A stretch of DNA of 63,125 nucleotides, counting the filler, from Lenisia limosa (Eukaryota > Protista > Breviatea): NCBI GenBank assembly GCA_001655205.1. It is 8 parts of 8 records of this genome, joined end to end, with 100 filler letters (N's around TTAATTAATTAA, not from the genome) between each part and the next. Parts side by side here need not be neighbours in the genome. Positions count along the whole stretch, not along the records: positions 8,056 to 16,457 come from LPNZ01006139.1; positions 16,558 to 28,177 come from LPNZ01006893.1; 6 more parts are not named here. One strand, 5' to 3'. Shown in pieces: positions 11,201 through 23,870 of this stretch (position 1 is the stretch's first letter; each line of letters opens with the position of its first letter). Made by a program: the position numbers and the translations under genes. Below the pieces are notes generated by a model. The model worked only from the letters and a program-made list of their open reading frames with translations. It was not told the DNA's origin and searched no databases.

Positions 11201-14200
11201 AGCGCATGCCGGCCTTTATCACGCCATCTCCGACGATCTCTCTCCCGTCGCCGGTACTCCGGCCACTACCGAGCCCAACGCTTACTACTTGCCCAAAACC
11301 CATGTTTTCCTCTGTTGTTTCGCCCCCAGGTTTGATTGTGATTTATTCTTATTTTCTTCGCCATTAGGACTCGATATAATCTTCTTCTAAAAAATGCGAA
11401 ATCCAGCTCACCTTTCCAGTCCCCTCATCTGCATCCAAAAAGGAACACCAGGAAGATCTTGAAGATTTGTTTAGAATGTCCTTCATCAAGCCCACTGCCG
11501 AGCCGACTTCAGTCGAAAGAAAGTTCAACTCTCTCATGGGGGAGGCTGAATCGAAGCCTAAATCATCCGTGTTGCCTGTCAAACTCTTCGACCCCCCTGC
11601 TCTACCTAAAGACAAGAACGCCATCTCAAATAGCGCAAAAGAGCAGGTTGCAGATGTGGGTGGTGTTTTTTTACTATGTATGTGTACCTTGTACTACATA
11701 TATACTATAATGGTATATGAAATAACAGTGAGGACTAATCTTCGGTTACGAACAACAAAGCCTTTAAAATATCAATTTTCGAGGATTTATCGAGAATCTC
11801 AGTCTTCTCCCCCCCCCCCCCCNNNNNNNNNNNNNNNNNNNNNNNNNNNNNNNNNNNNNNNNNNNNNNNNNNNNNNNNNNNNNNNNNNNNNNNNNNNNNN
11901 NNNNNNNNNNNNTTAGTGTTATCTATATATCTCTTGCAAGCGTGATGGTGTCTTTTTTTATTCCTCATCTCTATATATATCGTGATATTTCGATTGTATG
12001 CTTCCTTTGTTGGAAAATAGTCCAATTTTTGAGCGAATTTCTGAAGATTTTTCAAGTTTTTTGCTTGGAACTAAATGAATGTCTTGGGTTGTGTTTTTAT
12101 TTGTCAAAAAAGTCCTCACCTTTTTAGAAAGCCAAGAAATCCGACCATTCCCCTGAATTATCACTTCTGGAAAACAATGATAATCGAAGTAGACTCCGTA
12201 AGAGGTGTTGTGCTATTCCCGTTTGATATTACACAGGACTACCGAATAATGAATCAGCCTCGTATCTCCCTTTATGATCATCTTGGCCCACTAATAAAAT
12301 CCCAGGTACCCCTTCGCCTCCTCTGGTTGTAAGACAAACTCGGAGTGCTACAAAGGTGAAAAACAGAAGGAAGGAAGAGGAGGAGGAAGAAGGGAAAAGG
12401 AAGAAACAGGAGAAGGAGGCAGGTAGAAGGGAAAGTGAAAGGAAGCAGAAGGAGGCTGAAGACAAGCGTAAGAAAGATGAGGTTCGGAAGAGAAAGGAGG
12501 AGAAAAAAAGGAAAGATGAAGATGAGAAGAAGCTAAAGGAAGAAGAGGAAAGAAGGAAGAAGGTAGAGGAAGAAGAAGAAGAGAGAAAGAGAGAGGAGGG
12601 AGAGAAAATGAAGAAAGCAGAAAAGAGGAGGAAAGACGAAGAAAAACGTAAGAGGAAGGAAGAGGAAGAAATGGACAGGAAGAAGAAAGAAGAAGAAAAG
12701 AAGAAGAGAGAAGAAGAAAAACGGAGGAAAAAGGAAGAATCAGAGGAAAGGAAGAAGAAAGAAGAAGAGGAAAGAAAAAGGAAAGAAGAAGAGGAGAAGA
12801 AGAAAAACGAAGAAGAGGAAAGAAAAAGGAAAGAAGAAGAGGAAAAGAAGAAAAAAGAAGAAGAGGAAAGAGGAAGGAAAGAGGAAGAGGAAAAGAAGAA
12901 GAAAGAAGAAGAGGAAAGAAAAAGGAAGGGAGAAGAGGAAAGGAAGAGGAAAGAAGAAGAGGAAAGGAAGAGGAAAGAGGAAGAGGAAGAGGAAAGGAGG
13001 AGGAAAGAAGAAGAGGAAAGAAAGAAAAAAGAGGAAGAGGAAAAGAGGAGGAAAGAAGATGAAGAGGAAAAGAGGTTGAAGAAAGAGGAGGAACAGAAGA
13101 AAAAAGCAGAAGAAAAGACAAAAAAGGAGATAGAGAAAAGAAAGAAGAAAGAAATGGAAGAGAAGAAAAAGGAAGAGGAGGCGAAGGCAATGAAGGAGGA
13201 AGAAGAAAAGCAGCAGAGAGAAGCTGAAGAAAGAAAGCGATTGAAAAAAGAAGACAATCTCAAAAGAGGGCGAATTAGAAGAGAAGAGGAAAAGCGAAAG
13301 AAGGAAGAATTGAAACTTAAGAAAGAAAAGAGGAGGAAAGAGGATAAGAAAAGAAGAGAAGAGGAAAGAAGAAGAAAGGAAGAGCGAAGAATGGAAGAAG
13401 ACAATGGCGAAAAGAAAAGAGAAGAGGCTGAAGACAGGAAAGTAGAGGTGAAAAGGGTGTTTAATACCAGAAGTAGAGGAAGACAAAGTGAGACGAATAT
13501 GGATGATAATGATTCTAAGCCTGACAAGGACAGAATTCGGACAATCACCAGTGAGCTTCGACATCATTATAAGGGACAGCCAGAACTGAGCGCAGTTGTC
13601 GAAAACACCATTGAAACATGGTCAAAAACCGAACTCTGTGAAGAGGTTCATGGAAACGAACAGGAAAAGGAAATGGGGGAGGATGAGGAAGAGGAAAATC
13701 AGGAGGATAAGGAAGAGGGAAAGGAAGAAGATATGGAAGAAGAACAGAAAAGTGACGGTACTCTTGAAGGTGATGACGAGCCACGAACGCCAAATTCAAG
13801 ACGCAAGAGACCAATTGTCTTGTCAGACACGGACACGGAGGAATTGGAACCGACCACTCCAGGACACACCCCATTACGGAGCCGCGTGTTGTCAACAGCC
13901 TCCGCGCCAGTTGAACGCAAAAACTTCGCTGCAGCAGCAAAATCACCGTTGGACAGGTTTTTCTCGAAGACCCCTGAGGAAGACGAGTTCAGCGTTTTCA
14001 GCTTTAGTGATGATCTCGAGAGGGAAACAAGGCTCCCACGGGCGAAACCGCCTCTCACGCCAAGAAAGCGGGCGCTGGCGCCTCCAACAGAAGGTGACAA
14101 CGCCTCGTCGGATGTCGACGTAGGGGAAGTCGTTCCGGTCGCTCGCAGCAACCGGGGGGATCGACGTTCAGCGCGCGAGGAGCGCCAAGTTGCGCGTCAC

Positions 14201-15364
14201 CACTTGAAGAAGGCCTTATCGGAGTCGAGGAAAACGGAGATTGCCGAGAGGAATAAGCGACAAACTCGCGGCAGTGAAGAACTCGAGGACGCTGATTTCA
14301 TTGAAAGTGAGCGGAGTCTTCGGCGGAAGAAAAAGGAGGAAACCAGGCGAAAGGAAATGGAGGAGAGGAGGAAGCAGAAGGAGGAAGCGGAAAAGAAGGA
14401 ACAAGAAAAGGAAACGGAAGATATAAAGACGAAGGAGGAGGAGGAGGATCAAAAGAAACTGGAAGAAAGGAGGTTGCAAGAAGAAAAGAAGAAAATTGAA
14501 GAGGAAAGAAAGATATTGGAAGAAGAGAAGAAGAAATTGAAACTGGAAAAGGAGAAACTTGAAAAGGACAAGAAGAGGATTGAAGAAAAAGAGAAACTTG
14601 AAGAAAAGAAGAAACTCAAAGAAGCAATGATGGAAGAAGAAAGAAAGAAGAAGTTAGAAGAAGAAAGAAAAAAACTGGAAGAGGTAAGGAGGAAGAATTT
14701 GGAAGAGGAGAAGACAAAAATGGAAGAGGAAAAGAAGGAGTTGGAAGAGAAGAAGAAAAAGGTTGAAGAGGAGAAGAAAAGGAAAACAGAAGAAGCAAAG
14801 AGAGAAAAGGAAGAAAGAAGGAAACAAGAAGAAGAGGAAAAAAGGAAAAAGGAAGAAAAAGAAGGAAGAAGAAAGGAAGAAGAAAGAAGAAGGATGGAGG
14901 AAGAGAACACTATTCAAGAAATCACCCCTCCTCCATACAATGAAATCGAATTCCTGCAATCTCCAGTAAGAGCCATACCAAAAGTAAAAGGAACAAAGCT
15001 TGTCTCGCCATACTGCGCCAAAATCCACGCGCAGCCCCCCAGAATCCTCTGCATCGACGACTGCAACCAATACGCTCCAAGCCCGGTCACCCCCGTGTCC
15101 CCGGAGCCATCACCAAACGCCACGTTCGGCAACTGTTTTATCAACCTCGCGTCGACAACCATGCCATCCACAAGCTCAGTCACGATCCCTGATCTGACCG
15201 CCACCAAGTCCCATGACGCCGTGAAGGCCAAGGTTCAGCCAGCTACCCGTACCGGAGCTGAAATCAAGCAGAACCTGTCAGTCTTTTCAGGACCGGTGGC
15301 GAAGCGGCATAAGCCGAATCCAACCCCGGAACGGCTGGGTGTCAAAGTTGGTGGTGGTGGATAA
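8254..15364 (+). CDS. DBF4-type zinc-finger protein with two long K/E/R-rich (single alpha-helix-like) tracts
   Basis: Exons 10371-10418 and 10600-10620 splice to GYCERCCVRYNHYEN|HIKNAKH (C-x2-C-x9-H-x5-H). Downstream exons join through the intron at 12198-12305 into the 12356..15364 ORF. The 5' extent is uncertain. Confidence 0.65.
9877..9926. mobile_element. Family A-related mini-MITE (50-bp hairpin)
   Basis: TAGGGCTTCCCTACGGTCC..GGACCGTAGTGAAGCCCTA, 18/19 inverted match. Confidence 0.65.
10737..10830. mobile_element. MITE family A (TIR GGGCTTCACTTCGGTTCGAAAA)
   Basis: TIRs of about 22 bp. Further full or partial copies at about 1595, 4824, 5939, 6350, 7843, 8476, 11740, 32932, 40550, 40650 and 58460, most with TA flanks. 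Confidence 0.75.
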
Positions 15365-15864
15365 CGGAACCGATAATTGATGGATTTATCGCCTCTGTTT
15401 CGAACGGATAAGACTGTCTTTTATGCATTCAACAAATTCCATAAATTTTATCATACTGCGTAATTTGTTTTACATACTGTTGTTTTAATTTCCAATGATT
15501 GGGTGAAGTATTATTCCACTGCGGCTTCGGCCAGGTAGTCCGTGTTTTCATCTTTGTTTTTATTTTGATCTAGCCTGAGCCGGAAAGATCCCCATCTCCA
15601 AGCCAATCAGCCCACCCCAAAATTCACGGCAGAGAATGTGAGTGGTGGTTGTCACACAAAAGGGTTATATGTTAAACAGAGTGGAGTCTTGATCGGGGGG
15701 GGGGGGTATATTGNNNNNNNNNNNNNNNNNNNNNNNNNNNNNNNNNNNNNNNNNNNNNNNNNNNNNNNNNNNNNNNNNNNNNNNNNNNNNNNNNNNNNNN
15801 NNNNNNNNNNCTGTCACCCTACCATGGCTTCTTAGGTGGGCGTTTTTATTACCTATATTACATA

Positions 15865-15937
15865 CAGTGACCAGGATAAGTCTTTTTTTCCTTGGGAAAT
15901 CTTAGGGCAAATCGGTCAAGACTTATCCCGGTCACTG
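15865..15937. mobile_element. MITE family B copy
   Basis: CAGTGACC..GGTCACTG with TA on both sides. Confidence 0.75.
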
Positions 15938-18900
15938 TAAATATTAAGATGAGCTAATTAGCTTGAACTGATCAGTATCCCCCCTTTGTTTTTGATTAAA
16001 TTCGTTGATTTTATTACCATGTAATGATTGGATGAATTAATATTATACTATAATCCACCTCTTGTACAAGTGTGATGGTGTGTACGGCTTTGGCCAGATA
16101 CAAACCTTGTTTTACCATGAAAGATTTTTATTTGCTAGACCATGTTTTTTTATGATTGTTTATTATTCCTAGATTCTGTTTTACTATGATTTTTTTTATT
16201 TGTTTCGAAAGATTTTTGTCTATCTAATTCTCACCTTATTGTTTATTTCTCATTTCTATATATATATATATCTAATTCTCCAGCTCCTCGACGGTCTCTC
16301 ATCTCAGACATGATGTTCTCAGCGTCACCCCGTCCCTCCCCTCACCACTCCCCTTCTCCCACCATAAAGTGCCCTTTTCCCTCGGAAAACACCCTCACCC
16401 AAGAAGTCTCCAAAGTCGAAGTCTCGCCCAAAACTCCATCACAGGGCTCCACGCAGGNNNNNNNNNNNNNNNNNNNNNNNNNNNNNNNNNNNNNNNNNNN
16501 NTTAATTAATTAANNNNNNNNNNNNNNNNNNNNNNNNNNNNNNNNNNNNNNNNNNNNTTTTGTCCACTGATCCGCATTTTGTCCAGTGATCCGCATTTTG
16601 ACTATATATATATATATTTAATATTAGAAGTCAATGCAATTAATTTTGTCTGAAATGAATTCGAAATTTGATTGCAAATATTTTCAATTATCAATTAATT
16701 TTGTCAATTATTATTTTCCAAAAAGTTATTACCGTATTTAATTGTTTCGCCAAAATGAATACTGCTCTTCCGCTACATCCCCAAGTGTGTGTTCTTCAAG
16801 TCTGGAAAGAGCTTGGAGATCGCTGTGCTGCTTGTATGCGGTTCATTCAACTGGGGTTTTGCGTTCAAGAAGGCTGTGATGGATGTAATAATTAAATCTC
16901 TGATAGGAGAATAGTATGATTGATAGCTTCATAACAACGACGCCATTTCCCGTCAGCTCTAGGATGACGGAGGCATCAGCCCCGACTTCCAGCCCAAGGA
17001 GATGCTGTGCGCTTTGCCCGTGATGAGGTCCATGCGAAAAGGCATACGCAAGGGCTTCAAAGCTGCTAGACTTGCGTCAACAGGTTATTGAGTTAACATT
17101 TTTGAGCTTGGGCTTTTCTGACAGTCAATAGGTAAAAAGGTGGCAAATCAACGCACAATAACCAAGCTTGTGCAGGTGTGTAATGAGGTATCATTTTGGG
17201 ATAAAGCGTAACTAACCTAATAGGGAGACGTCTACCGACTCACTGAGCTGATGAAAGGCACCCTCCTCCACCTTCAAGGTACCCACCGCTCTTTGTGAAC
17301 AACATGGCTGCGCCAGCAAGACGGAGGAGCAGTCATTGATCCTCACGGACACCGGATTTTCTGTGTTAAACGCTGTCTTTGCGGTTTGTAATATGATAAC
17401 TGTGTGATAATAACTCAATTAGAAGTGAACCCATCCTTCAACTAGCTAGTATGTCTGGGTGGTTAAAATATGTATTATCATGTGTTTCTCTTTCAAACAA
17501 ATGTTACCATTTCAGATCACCCGCTTCGTTACAATCCTGTGCGAACGTATACCTCATTATTATAATAAAAATGGAATGTGTCCTTTTCCTATTCTGTAAT
17601 TTAACAAGGATGGTATATTACGATGCTGAGGTTGAGTGAGGAGCATAATGCTGAAGCAATGTGGGGGGGGGGGGGNNNNNNNNNNNNNNNNNNNNNNNNN
17701 NNNNNNNNNNNNNNNNNNNNNNNNNNNNNNNNGCGTACACCGGAAAACGGGTCAAGCTGAGAACCGCAAGAATGAAAACATCATCACGGTCAACCTTCGA
17801 ATATGGCAAAACCCTCCTCATCCCTGCAGAGTGACTTGTGGATGCTTTTCTCCCTCCCTCTTCGCTCAATTTGATAGTCTTATTTCAGTGCTGAGAATTC
17901 ACTCAATTCACAATTTCAACCAAACTTCACCATCTTCTTGTTTATTGATTGACATTATCAGAAACCGAATGAACTGCGGCAAAAAGCGGACCTCTAGCTC
18001 TTCGCTCTTCAGCAGCTGTCAAAGGATGATGATGGGGAATAGGGTAACTGTAATTGTATTGTTTTCTTTTATAGAATATTCTGTGTGGGATGGTTATTCT
18101 GTTGATAATGAGCTTGAGTGTGAAAAGGAGATGTATTACTCAACATCGGTAAAATACTCCCGGACAGAAAAATCTTACACTCCGGAAGAACAACACGACT
18201 TGAGATAGTACCAACTGCACTGCTCTATATACTACTAGCAAAGAATTCACGACGGTGGCGACACCAGTCCTACAAGTGTAAAATAAATAATGAGTTGCAA
18301 CAATCAAAAAGAGAGGAGAGAGGAGGATCGATAGAAAGAAAACCATCACCTGTCCTTTGGCAGGAGGCCCATTCTCCAAGACAACTTGAAGATATTCATC
18401 ATCAGCGCGTAAGTTTTTGAAAATATCATTGAACACGCATTTTTCGAGGAGAAATCGATAAAACTAACCTTCAGCTTTCTCAAACTCGAGGACAGCCAGC
18501 CTCAACGAGGTCGGCGTTTCTGACAATGATGTGGCTAGCATCAACGTCAGTAACACCTTCCTCAACCAAAGAGGCTAGCTGCGGGGTTGATTTTAAGACA
18601 CTTAAGGTGGTTCAATGCAGTTTTGAAAATAATACCTCGGAAATTTTTCCCAATAATGTCCAGGCCATTTTTTGGGGGGATTGGAACATGATTTGACCAC
18701 TCACAGCCAAGAAAATAATAAAAAAAAATGCATATCAATATGTCAACCTTCCAAGAGCATCAATATCAAGGATTGTGAAAGACATGGGGCAAGGTGATCA
18801 CGAATAAGAGTAAACAGTTGTCCGGAATAACGCTAAAGTACTAATCTATAGCATAAAACTGCTAAGAGAGGCGAGGAGGGGGTAAGAGACAAGAGTTTCC

Positions 18901-21569
18901 ACGGAAAAAGACAACAAAACACTAATCACTTCTGAATACATCTCATGCTCCTAAATATGCTTCTATTAACTTATTATTATGCAAAACTAGACAAAAGGAA
19001 CAAAATCAAAAATTCTCTAAAAGCAAAAGGAATTGGCGCACTAGCGCCAACCTTGTATGCACTCTGAACAACTCGAGATGTCCTCTTTTCTATTTAATCC
19101 GGTGATTAGCCCGTAGAAGTTTATAATAGAGAATCTGAGAGTGCTCAGAAGCGACTGTGGTTTTTTTCTTTTCTCAACGGTTTCCCAAGTCTCTCTCCTC
19201 CTGTAAGTCTCGCCTGACCATGTAAACCCTTGGAAAGTTGATGCATGTAATATTTACCATTAAACTAGCTCATCTGTCGATTTCTGGGAATGAATAAGGG
19301 AAGTTCAGCGTCTATATTGAGATACCCAACATGAAACCACCACATTAAGTAGACCCATTGAAACATTTTCAAAATCCCATCTATTATAATGATGGAATGT
19401 GGCCTGAGGGTAAAATGGCCAAAAATGGCTGTTTGAGGAGGGGAAGTACTGTTACTTTTGCGTAGTTTCTCTAACAATTTATATTCGTCTGAAAGTCGGA
19501 TTGCCACCGTGGAATCTCCAAAAAAGCTCTCTAAAAAAAGGCCAAAAATTGGAACAGCCCAAAATCGTGACGCTGTAACTTTTGACAATTTTTTTGTCTA
19601 ATTTTAAATTCCTTTTCTGTCTGTGTACACAAGAAGTTAATTGGAAGGGGAAAACCCCTCAGTGGTAATGCCACTGAATTATGTAAAGCAGTATTTGGAG
19701 GTTTCAAATGTTCAGGGCAAGTCTTGTAAGAACATCAAGAAAAAAGCCGTACAGGATGGGTTTTGGTGCATTTCTGCATCAAAACCAGATGCAAATGCTT
19801 TCCAGTGGTATGTAGGCGATTTAGTTGATCAAACCTATCTATGATACTAGTAGTAGCAAAAAGCAGATGTGGAGTTAAGAAAGTTAATAGTGTTCCTTTT
19901 CAACCAGGNNNNNNNNNNNNNNNNNNNNNNNNNNNNNNNNNNNNNNNNNNNNNNNNNNNNNNNNNNNNNNNNNNNNNNNNNNNNNNNNNNNNNNNNNNNN
20001 NNNNNNNNNNNNNNNNNNNNNNNNNNNNNNNNNNNNNNNNNNNNNNNNNNNNNNNNNNNNNNNNNNNNNNNNNNNNAACTTAAAAACCTGTCAAACTATT
20101 TTTCGGAGACCTGGAAGATTGAAGTTTTGTCCAAGAATAAATTGCAGAGAGGGTCTATTACAACGCTATTGTTTAAATGCTAATTATACAATATTTGAAG
20201 AAGAAATGCAAGCAGAAAATCAGCGGAGTATCGAGAAATTGCAAGGATCACTCTTTGATCACTAAAATGGACCACTGTTATGATAGCAAACCAGCTTTTT
20301 ACTGGTAGAGCTAATTTTCATACTTCGAATATTCATTTTTAGCGTTATTGACAGAATCTGAGCCCAATATATCTTATTTAACTACCTTCGTATATGGAAG
20401 AGTTATCACACCTTGGCTACTCCACTTTTCTGTGCCTTTGTACAGTCTATTTAGTATGTTGATATTCGGGTTGATAAACAGCCAGTTCATCANNNNNNNN
20501 NNNNNNNNNNNNNNNNNNNNNNNNNNNNNNNNNNNNNNNNNNNNNNNNNNNNNNNNNNNNNNNNNNNNNNNNNNNNNNNNNNNGCCTTGATAGATGATTT
20601 CATTTTGGCTTCGATAGTTGTCTTGGATTTTGAGGCAAATTTGACCTTTTTAGCGATTCGAACTCCAGCATTCCAGAGACGAGCCATGATTAAGGTGCTC
20701 TCTGGCTTCGCATGTTAGTGAAATCATAATAATAAATGAAAGAAAATAGAACCATGGCAACAGTGAGAGTCAAGGGAGTTGTAGCCTCGGCACTATAATT
20801 CCGTAAATTCCACTTGACACATCAATAACACACCTTGTTGTACCTGCCGTCGTAGCATATGGGAAAGACTGGTTGCTGCTTGACGTTACGATCCATTTCG
20901 GAGATTTGATCCATCCTGTGAAATGAATAACACTGAACAAAGTGGTTCTTACTTCGCGAAGGTTGTCTCCTTGAGCTTCCGGTGTAGATCTTGGGGCCCT
21001 CATCCAGGACTTACCCCATTTCGTAGTCATGAAACAATACACTTGTTTGTCAGATTACGGGACTATAATCCAAAAAGTTATCACTTTAACATACCAGTCA
21101 ATAAGATGCTGAAGGCACTACGGAGGAGGAGAAAGTTGAAATCCTGGGTCAATAGGAGGAAGTGGGGGGGCATAATCACAGGGTAGGATTCTTGTTATGA
21201 AAATGAAAAACAAAACCAGCATGATCTTATCCTTTTATGGACCACCGGACCATATTGGTCCAGTTTTTAACATGAGAGGAATTACCGAAAATAGAAGCCC
21301 TTTTCCGTCATTTTGAAAAAAGGTCTAGAGATTGACTCCCCAGGAAAAACATTAACCATACCCCAATTTCAAAAACGTTTTCTTTTCCTTTCAAGAACTT
21401 GTTTTTAGTCTCAAGTGTTAGGTTTTATTTGTTAGTTACATCTTTGATGGAGGAGAAGATTCGACCTGCTATTCGACTTCTCTCTGGGTGCTAACCAAGG
21501 GTGGGGCTCTACTGCTAACTAAGGATAACCTCGCACATATCCGCATTATTCCCAACCAGTGACCCCTGT

Positions 21570-21810
21570 AGTGTTGCCATGCTCTGCAAAATGGACACGG
21601 ACGTGGAGGTCGAGAAAGGCGACTCTGAGGAGGCCAAGGCAGGCAAGGCCGTTCTACCTGAAGCTCAAGTGGGAGGGGGGGTTTCATTGTCTTCAGACGG
21701 GAAAGAGAGCGCGTAAGCTCAGTAAGAGAGCGCAAGACAAAGACCAAGGGCCTCCTAAGCCAAATACTGCCTTGCTTGGCCCAACTCCGGAGCGTATTGC
21801 CCTCCTTCGG
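21570..21810 (+). CDS. Hypothetical exons (VAMLCKMDTDVEVEK..EAQ|TGKRARKL..), possibly upstream exons of the piggyBac-derived gene
   Basis: Two open frames joined in register by a 28-nt GT-AG intron at 21669-21696. Confidence 0.45.
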
Positions 21811-22097
21811 CAAATTGAGCCTGTTGGTATGAGGGTTAAACATAAAAGAGAGCTATTGAAGCTGGTTGTCTTCTTCTGAAGAAGATAAATTTTTGTTAAG
21901 TTCCCCTTCTCCTCCTTCTACCCTTTCTTAGACCACATTTTCAATAAAAATAACTTCTCTTGACTTCCCCTTACCCTGAAAACTCTTAATCCACCTCGTT
22001 CCTAAGGGTGATCTTACTGGAAGCATCACTTAATATCCTTTTGATTCATGCTCTGATAAACCTTTCAGACTTGCCTAATATGGTATGTGATTAATTT

Positions 22098-23870
22098 TAT
22101 AGATACTGAGTCTTCTGACGACAGTGATGTCGACTTCAATGTTGGGACAATCACCATTCAAAGGTTTCCTCTTCTTCTGATAATGATTGATACATTGGAC
22201 TGTGGGGTAGATGCGATTGACCGTGCTCCACCAACCCCGACGTTCTTTGCCCCTATCAGAGGTTCAGTTGCCACACGGTTCCCCAACAGGAAAGAAATTT
22301 AAAAAGACTTCCAGCGGAATTCACACAACCACTTGGACAAACAAGCTCAAGAAGATTGGAGAAATTCCTTTCAGCGATTCCAACCATGTCGGACCCTCCT
22401 ACACAACAACTTCCCCTCATGAGGTTTGCGTTTTTTAATAATGTGGGGTTTTCTTTTCTTTTCTTAATTTATTTGGCCTTTCACATCATGATGCCCACGG
22501 CCCTTCTCAGTAAGGTGTCAACATGGTCAAATCTNNNNNNNNNNGGAGTAGTATGTTGGGTAGTTTATATTTTTTGAAACCAAGCATTGTTATTTGTTCA
22601 TAATTGCTTTTTCATTTATTGCTTTTTTTTTTTGTTTTTTTTTCATAAAATCTCTTGTATTGTTAACCTCCATCAGTCTCCGAGATCCATCTACCACTCT
22701 TCCCACCTATCTACGCTTCACCAAGGAGTCTCTGGCTGACATTGCGTTTGTCTCGACCTCCGACATCAAGCGGTACTTTGGCTTTGTCATTGGTAATGGT
22801 GTTTGCCCTAGGTCCAACATCAAGGGTATCTGGTCCCAGGACAACTGGGCCACCTATTGCCCATTCCTGTCGTCCATCTTCTCGCGGACTCGATTCTTTG
22901 AGATCAACCGTGTTCTCCATTTCGCTGCCAGGTCCGAGATGTCTGTCGACGATCCCATAACCAAGATCCGTTCCTTCCTCACCGCCGTCACTGCCGCCTG
23001 GCGCGGTGCGTACCATTGATGAGCAGATGATTGCTACGAAATCGAAGTACGTCACGTTCAAGGTTGGTTAAGTGTATTTTTGTTTGTATTAGTGGGGGTG
23101 GGGGATTCTTTTTTTGGAGTTACGCTTGGTTATTTTTTGTGATTCACTCCATCAGGTCACCTATCGCAGGAGAAGGCGGTTACGTCTTTGACACCTCTTT
23201 CCACCTAGCCGACGCTACCAAGATCAGCGAACACGTCCTTAAGCTCGTCAAGACCCTCAATGCTGACGGCCACATCATTGCTCTTGACACTCTGTTTACT
23301 TCAACTACGCTCTTCAAGACCCTCAAGACTCAAGGCATCAACGTATGTGGCACGAACCGCAACGCAAGAGGCGCCCCCAACACCAAAGAAGAAGCCAGCT
23401 CATTCCTGGATAAGAAAGGTGACTACATCGAAATGTGGTCTGATGATATCCGCTGGAGCTGTGAAGTTACTCACACAATTTTAGCATCAGGAACCAATTC
23501 TTACCTTCATGGGTGAGGGAATATGGCTGTTGGTGGTTGAGAAGGGGGACATGTCGACAAGGGCCTCGGTAACGCGCATGTGGAAGCTCTTGCGGTCAAT
23601 AGATGGGCGTGCGGCAGAGGAGAGGAAATCAGAGTACACAATGTGAGCATTGATCATAGATTGGTCAATTAGATCGTGTACGCACATCTGCCAGCGCCGT
23701 GTTTGGCGGTGGTGCTAAATAGTCAATATTGTCGATTAAAGAGTAAAAGTAAATTTTTATTTTAAACACACAACTCCCCCCTTACAAAGAGCGGAGAGCA
23801 TCGGTGAGATCAACGTACACCATGATGAGGCTGTACCAATGCACAAGCGGACAGGAAAAGGTCTAAAACA
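22098..23870 (+). pseudogene. piggyBac/PGBD-type DDD transposase, intron-containing, frameshifted and internally inverted
   Basis: DIKRYFGFVIGNG..IWSQD..FSRTRFFEINRVLHF..KIRSFL, then TIDEQMI in a shifted frame, and IALDTLFTS..LKTQGINVCGT. The C-terminal RRW..LIDQSMINAHIVY exon lies on the minus strand at 23505-23714. Confidence 0.75.

Noticed and set aside
12275-12277. Apparent in-frame TGA upstream of the 1002-aa ORF, and a TAA near 819, suggesting stop-codon reassignment
   Set aside because: Both vanish with ordinary splicing (intron 12198-12305; exon 753-822 read in another frame). eIF4A and RuvBL2 end in TAA, the RNF213-like gene ends in TGA, and eIF4A has no internal stops.
12229-15231. 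Long minus-strand F/L/S-rich ORFs (439, 280, 275 aa and others) resembling membrane proteins
   Set aside because: Antisense shadows of the purine-rich K/E/R exon, whose complement lacks stop codons.
16700-21200. Multiple probable exons on both strands
   Set aside because: Coding-like, but I could not build a consistent exon chain or recognise a product, so no CDS was called.
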